Assembly (NCBI GenBank): GCA_046563655.1
Contig: JAJCTO010000014.1
Span: 1 to 64,000 of the forward strand
Length of the DNA: 64,000 nucleotides
Direction: 5' to 3'
Origin: Yuukianura sp. NJ FZ-2021
Taxonomy: Eukaryota
Numbering within the stretch: position 1 is the stretch's first letter; each line of letters starts with the position of its first letter. The notes beneath the pieces are model-generated. The model saw only the letters and a program-made list of their open reading frames with translations, did no database searches and was not told where the DNA came from. Positions 60,701 to 64,000 of this stretch are shown here, one piece after another. Both the position numbers and the translations under genes were made by a program.

Positions 60701-63700
60701 CTAATTCTAACATTTACCGGAACAGTCTCGTCGTCGATCACATTTGGCTGACAACGGAACGCAGGTTCCGTCTTTGACGCAACGAAACTGGTCTTCGCGA
60801 CATGCTGGAAAAAATTAGAAATTTCAAAAAAGATGATTAGGGAATTCAACCAGTTGAACCTGAAATTTCAGAATCAAGATTTGCTTTGAAAAGTAAAGAT
60901 TTTGTTAACCTGGCGGACAACTTGCTGAAACCTCATCGGACCCATCTAAAAATCAAAAATTCAGAAATTTTTCGTTTTTTTAGTTGAGATTTTTTGTGCC
61001 TCTCATGTGAAGCTGTAGCAATGTTCGTCTTACCAGCGCAGTCAAACCTTTGGTCACACAATTTCTCACGAGGAACTAAGAAAATTTCAAAAAACTTTTT
61101 TAGTACATCAAATTTTCAGTTTTTATTTTGTAAATTCACTCACTGCATCCGCCTGCAATGCACTTGAACTCATCTGCAGCACAGATCATCACATCTGAAA
61201 TAGAAAACGAAAAAATTGGTAGTTTAGTCCTTTAAATTAGACAAAAATTTCGAAATTTCGCACTGTAAAAAATGCCTGAAATTACCTGGACATGTTTCTG
61301 GTGTTTCGTCTAAAAATTAAAAAGTACAAGAAATTTTTTCGCTGCAAAATTTTACTTTTTTTGTTTTTTCATTGGAAAATTTTATTTTACCTGTGCCATC
61401 AGCACAATCTGGAACGGAATCGCATTTGTAGAGAAGCGGAATACACTGGCCATTTGCACATGAAAACTGGTCTCTACTGCAAGTAGAACCACAGTTCTGT
61501 TCGTCATCGCCATTCGGACATTGCGGAGTACCATCACACCTAACGTAAAAGTTCAAATTTCAAATTTGACCTTTGACCTCTTCCACGCGTTTCAAAGTGA
61601 CCTTACTTGTATCTGTTGTCAATGCACTGGCCATTTGAACATCGAAAAGAATCGAGACAAGCAACTGAAAAGAACGTCAATAAATCTCTTTAGAAATTGG
61701 GCCATTGACTTAAACTTTTTGAAACCTTTTGCGTTTGATGTGCCGCAAAATGTTTGAAAAAGAGAGGGATAGTTAATTTTAACTCAATTAATTAAATACA
61801 ATTAAATTTAAAGTATTTTAGTCCTTACTGCATCCCTCTTCATCTGAGGAGTCTGGACAGTCCACTTTCCCTTGACATCGCTCCAGTTGACTAATGCAAG
61901 TTCCATCTCGACATCGGAATTGGCCAAAGGAACACTGGATGGGCGGTGGAGTGGGTCTCGCTAACAAAAATTTACACAAATTAAGCCAAATTTTGAAAAA
62001 AAAATGAAGACTTTTTCAAAATTGTTGGTTAAAAGTCTGAAATCTTAAGAATTTCCAGAGCCAATTCAAGTCTTTCTGAACTAACATCTACAAACTTAAG
62101 TTACAAGCAAAGGTGTGCTAAACTTTCCGACGACGCTGAAGAGTTAGGTTAACTTAGCCTAATTTGTTGATTTACATTAGGTTAACATTGATTAGTAACA
62201 CTTTTAGGTTAAACTGCTTAGCAGTTAGTTGATGTTAGGTTAGTCAGGCGTAGGCAACCCCTTGTAGCATGTACTTACGCGTGACCTCTGGGGGGCTTGG
62301 GGTTCCGCCTTGGTCGTAACAGCTCTCACGCTCATCTTCGCACCCCGGGCAGTCACAAGTACCGTCACACTTGTTGGGACCCTTAACACAAGTTATACCA
62401 TCGCCACACAGCACATCCTCGTCACCACAAAGACCATCTAAGTTAAGTTAATTAGTTAACACCAACACAATTACAATTAAACTAACTACTACACAATTTA
62501 CAATGTAACCACTACCAGAGTAAGTCACCTCCACATTAATTACAATTTAACACAATTAAATTAACATTCAACAATTAAACCCACCAAAATTTTGAAGTAC
62601 TAGTTAGTCAGGGGTGTAGTACCACATAAAAACTACCTCAAAATAACTGCACTACCAGCGCGTTAGTTGAAATTTCGTCTAGCGGCATTTCGTTTTTGAT
62701 TTTTTTTTCTTCAAAATTTTTAAATTTCATCGCCATGCAAAAGCAATGATTGGGAACAAGTGGCTTGTAGACTTCATGCGCGAAATGCAACAAAGAAAAG
62801 CAACTTACAGCACATGGATGGATCTTCGTCACTGTTGTCTCTGAAAATTTTCAACAGAAATGTCGTAGTAATGAAATGTCGCCGAGAGACATCTCGTGAT
62901 GTCCAGAAAAAGTTGTCGCAAAGTGACATTACCGACAGTCTGGAATGTAGTCACACCGCTGACTCCACTGAATGCAGCCTCCACTCACACATCGGAACTC
63001 TCCCGGACGACATAACGCTATTCACAAAATGCAAGAAACAAAGCAAGAGCGACATAAAATTTAAGCCCCGGTGATTGGACGACATTTAGAAGGTTGAAGT
63101 AAGGACAACCGCCACATTTGTAACATTCTATAAAACTAACTTAAAATGCTATATTCCATTTAAGTGAATGCTCCCCGTGAGTCAGTCACCTAATTATAGG
63201 TGACTGCTCCCCCCAATAAACATATAACTTAAAGTGCTAAGATTTTTAGGTTAAGTTAGGCTAGTCGTCCCTACTTCAACATAATGTGCTGGAAGCATTT
63301 TAAAATGTACTGGCTGAACCTACTGCAATTTCGTTCATCAATTCCTGAGAAGCAGTCAAATCGGCCGTTACACATGAGTTCCTTCTCAATACAGCGCCCA
63401 TCATCACACTGGAACTCCCAGTTGGCACATGACTTTGACCCTAAGAGGTCACACAGAGGTCAACAGTTAAAGCAGGTCAACATGCAGCGACATTTGGCAG
63501 TGTGCTTAACTACCTCGACACAAGTCAGGGTGCTCGTCACTTCGATCCCTGCAGTCAGGCACACCGTCACATTTGAGTGTGTCACTGATGCAACTACTGC
63601 GATCGAAACACTCAAACTCATACGATCGACACCTCATCTCAAATCCTGTCACAGACATGAAAGTGCACATTTGATCAACATAAAAAACACCCACAGTGTC

Positions 63701-64000
63701 ATTTGGTCAACAACAATTTGTCATTCGTTCTAAATAATTTTGGGGCCAAACTAAACCTTGGTATCAAAATTCGAACGGTACAAATAAATTAACATTTTAA
63801 ACAAAATACAAACCTGGACAAGTAGTTGCGTCTTCATCTGTGTTGTCTGAAAATTAAAAAAAAAATCAGGATTGAAAAAAAGTTCAAAATTTTTGGAATT
63901 TCATAATCATGAATTTTTTTAAAAAAACCAACCTGGGCAATCCGAAAATCCATCGCATTTGAGAATGCTGTCAATACAGGTTCCATCTCGACATCTAAAC
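42754..64000 (-). CDS. trol: Perlecan / basement membrane heparan sulfate proteoglycan core protein (5' part lies beyond the window)
   Basis: Domain order read from the window end: LDLa repeats (CDG..DC.DGSDE) with Ig modules ([11 protein letters not shown]), laminin-B/laminin-EGF repeats ([24 protein letters not shown]), about 12 Ig domains, then three laminin-G domains with EGFs. One stop is at 43983 (GPCQK-stop). An alternative last exon lies at 42934-42754. Confidence 0.95.
49486..49977 (+). CDS. Nested intronless orphan gene encoding a secreted, probably GPI-anchored 163-aa protein, antisense within a perlecan intron
   Basis: ATG in AAAC context, signal peptide [21 protein letters not shown] and 4 Cys. 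An S/T/P/A-rich stalk precedes the hydrophobic tail [20 protein letters not shown]. AATAAA occurs at ~50044. GC content is well above the flanking intron. Confidence 0.75.
   Translation: MSRILSVAVVFTSILSLTVVGQSDSPSPPRRESKSDVIIGIAILGCRHYYSDKELKKLTADYTKHLEDTQKTNASNKITKEEGLKYLETAKTLVHKCCIPMPNAPHDPSLGKCTDSERNSLIAGTANADATNPSTLPSNATPPLSSNIFGMLLLTFQLISKLI
50357..50421. repeat. ~32-bp tandem duplication in a perlecan intron
   Basis: TTTTAAGAATTGAAATTGTTTGAATAGCACAT occurs twice. Confidence 0.85.
53937..54033. repeat. Four AAAATCCACCAATC units filling a short perlecan intron
   Basis: Units at 53937, 53966, 53996 and 54020 with variable spacers. Confidence 0.9.
57019..57254. repeat. ~50-60-bp AT-rich tandem repeat (about 4 copies) in a perlecan intron
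   Basis: TTTTGGAATTTGGAAATATGTTATTTAAAAAGAGTCATTTTCCTAC.AAATTTTTAACG recurs. A further partial unit resumes at 57605. Confidence 0.85.
57255..57606. mobile_element. Possible Tc1/mariner/pogo-type MITE remnant inserted into the tandem repeat
   Basis: The segment interrupts a repeat unit (..GGAATTTGGA | TATGTTATTTAAAA..). The right end reads TA-CAGTGGATTCTCTA on the minus strand, typical of a TA target plus CAGT terminus. The left terminus is degenerate. Confidence 0.4.
57257..57397. repeat. 19-bp minisatellite (CTACTGCGCACAAACTGCG) x ~7.4
   Basis: Read directly. One unit has a T/G>A-type variant (CTACTACG). Confidence 0.95.

Overview
Intron-rich, gene-dense eukaryotic DNA. It is most likely a non-holometabolous arthropod, inferred from an arthropod-type DH44 precursor, a CG7065-like gene and an intact B12-dependent methylmalonyl-CoA mutase. 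Genes in order: a large nuclear U1/matrin zinc-finger and RS-domain protein (CG7065-like, +), OST48/DDOST (-), methylmalonyl-CoA mutase (+), a small uncharacterised gene (-), CCDC42/CFAP73-like (+), a secreted ADAM10/17-like protein lacking the zinc motif (-) head-to-head with an integrin beta subunit (+), a Helentron/DINE-1-like non-autonomous element, the CRF-like diuretic hormone DH44 precursor (-), DOLPP1 (-), PXMP2 (-), and the 3' ~21 kb of perlecan/trol (-) carrying a nested antisense orphan gene. The most notable unexplained signals are (i) a near-identical 92-nt intronic duplicate that folds by hand into a three-way junction with possible kissing loops and hides splice signals just upstream of the RS-domain exon, (ii) short introns built from AGGTCA/TGACCT motif arrays, (iii) the dead ADAM paired with integrin beta, and (iv) unusual perlecan cassette exons, micro-exons and alternative C-termini. 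All gene models are manual splice reconstructions. No database searches or folding programs were run.
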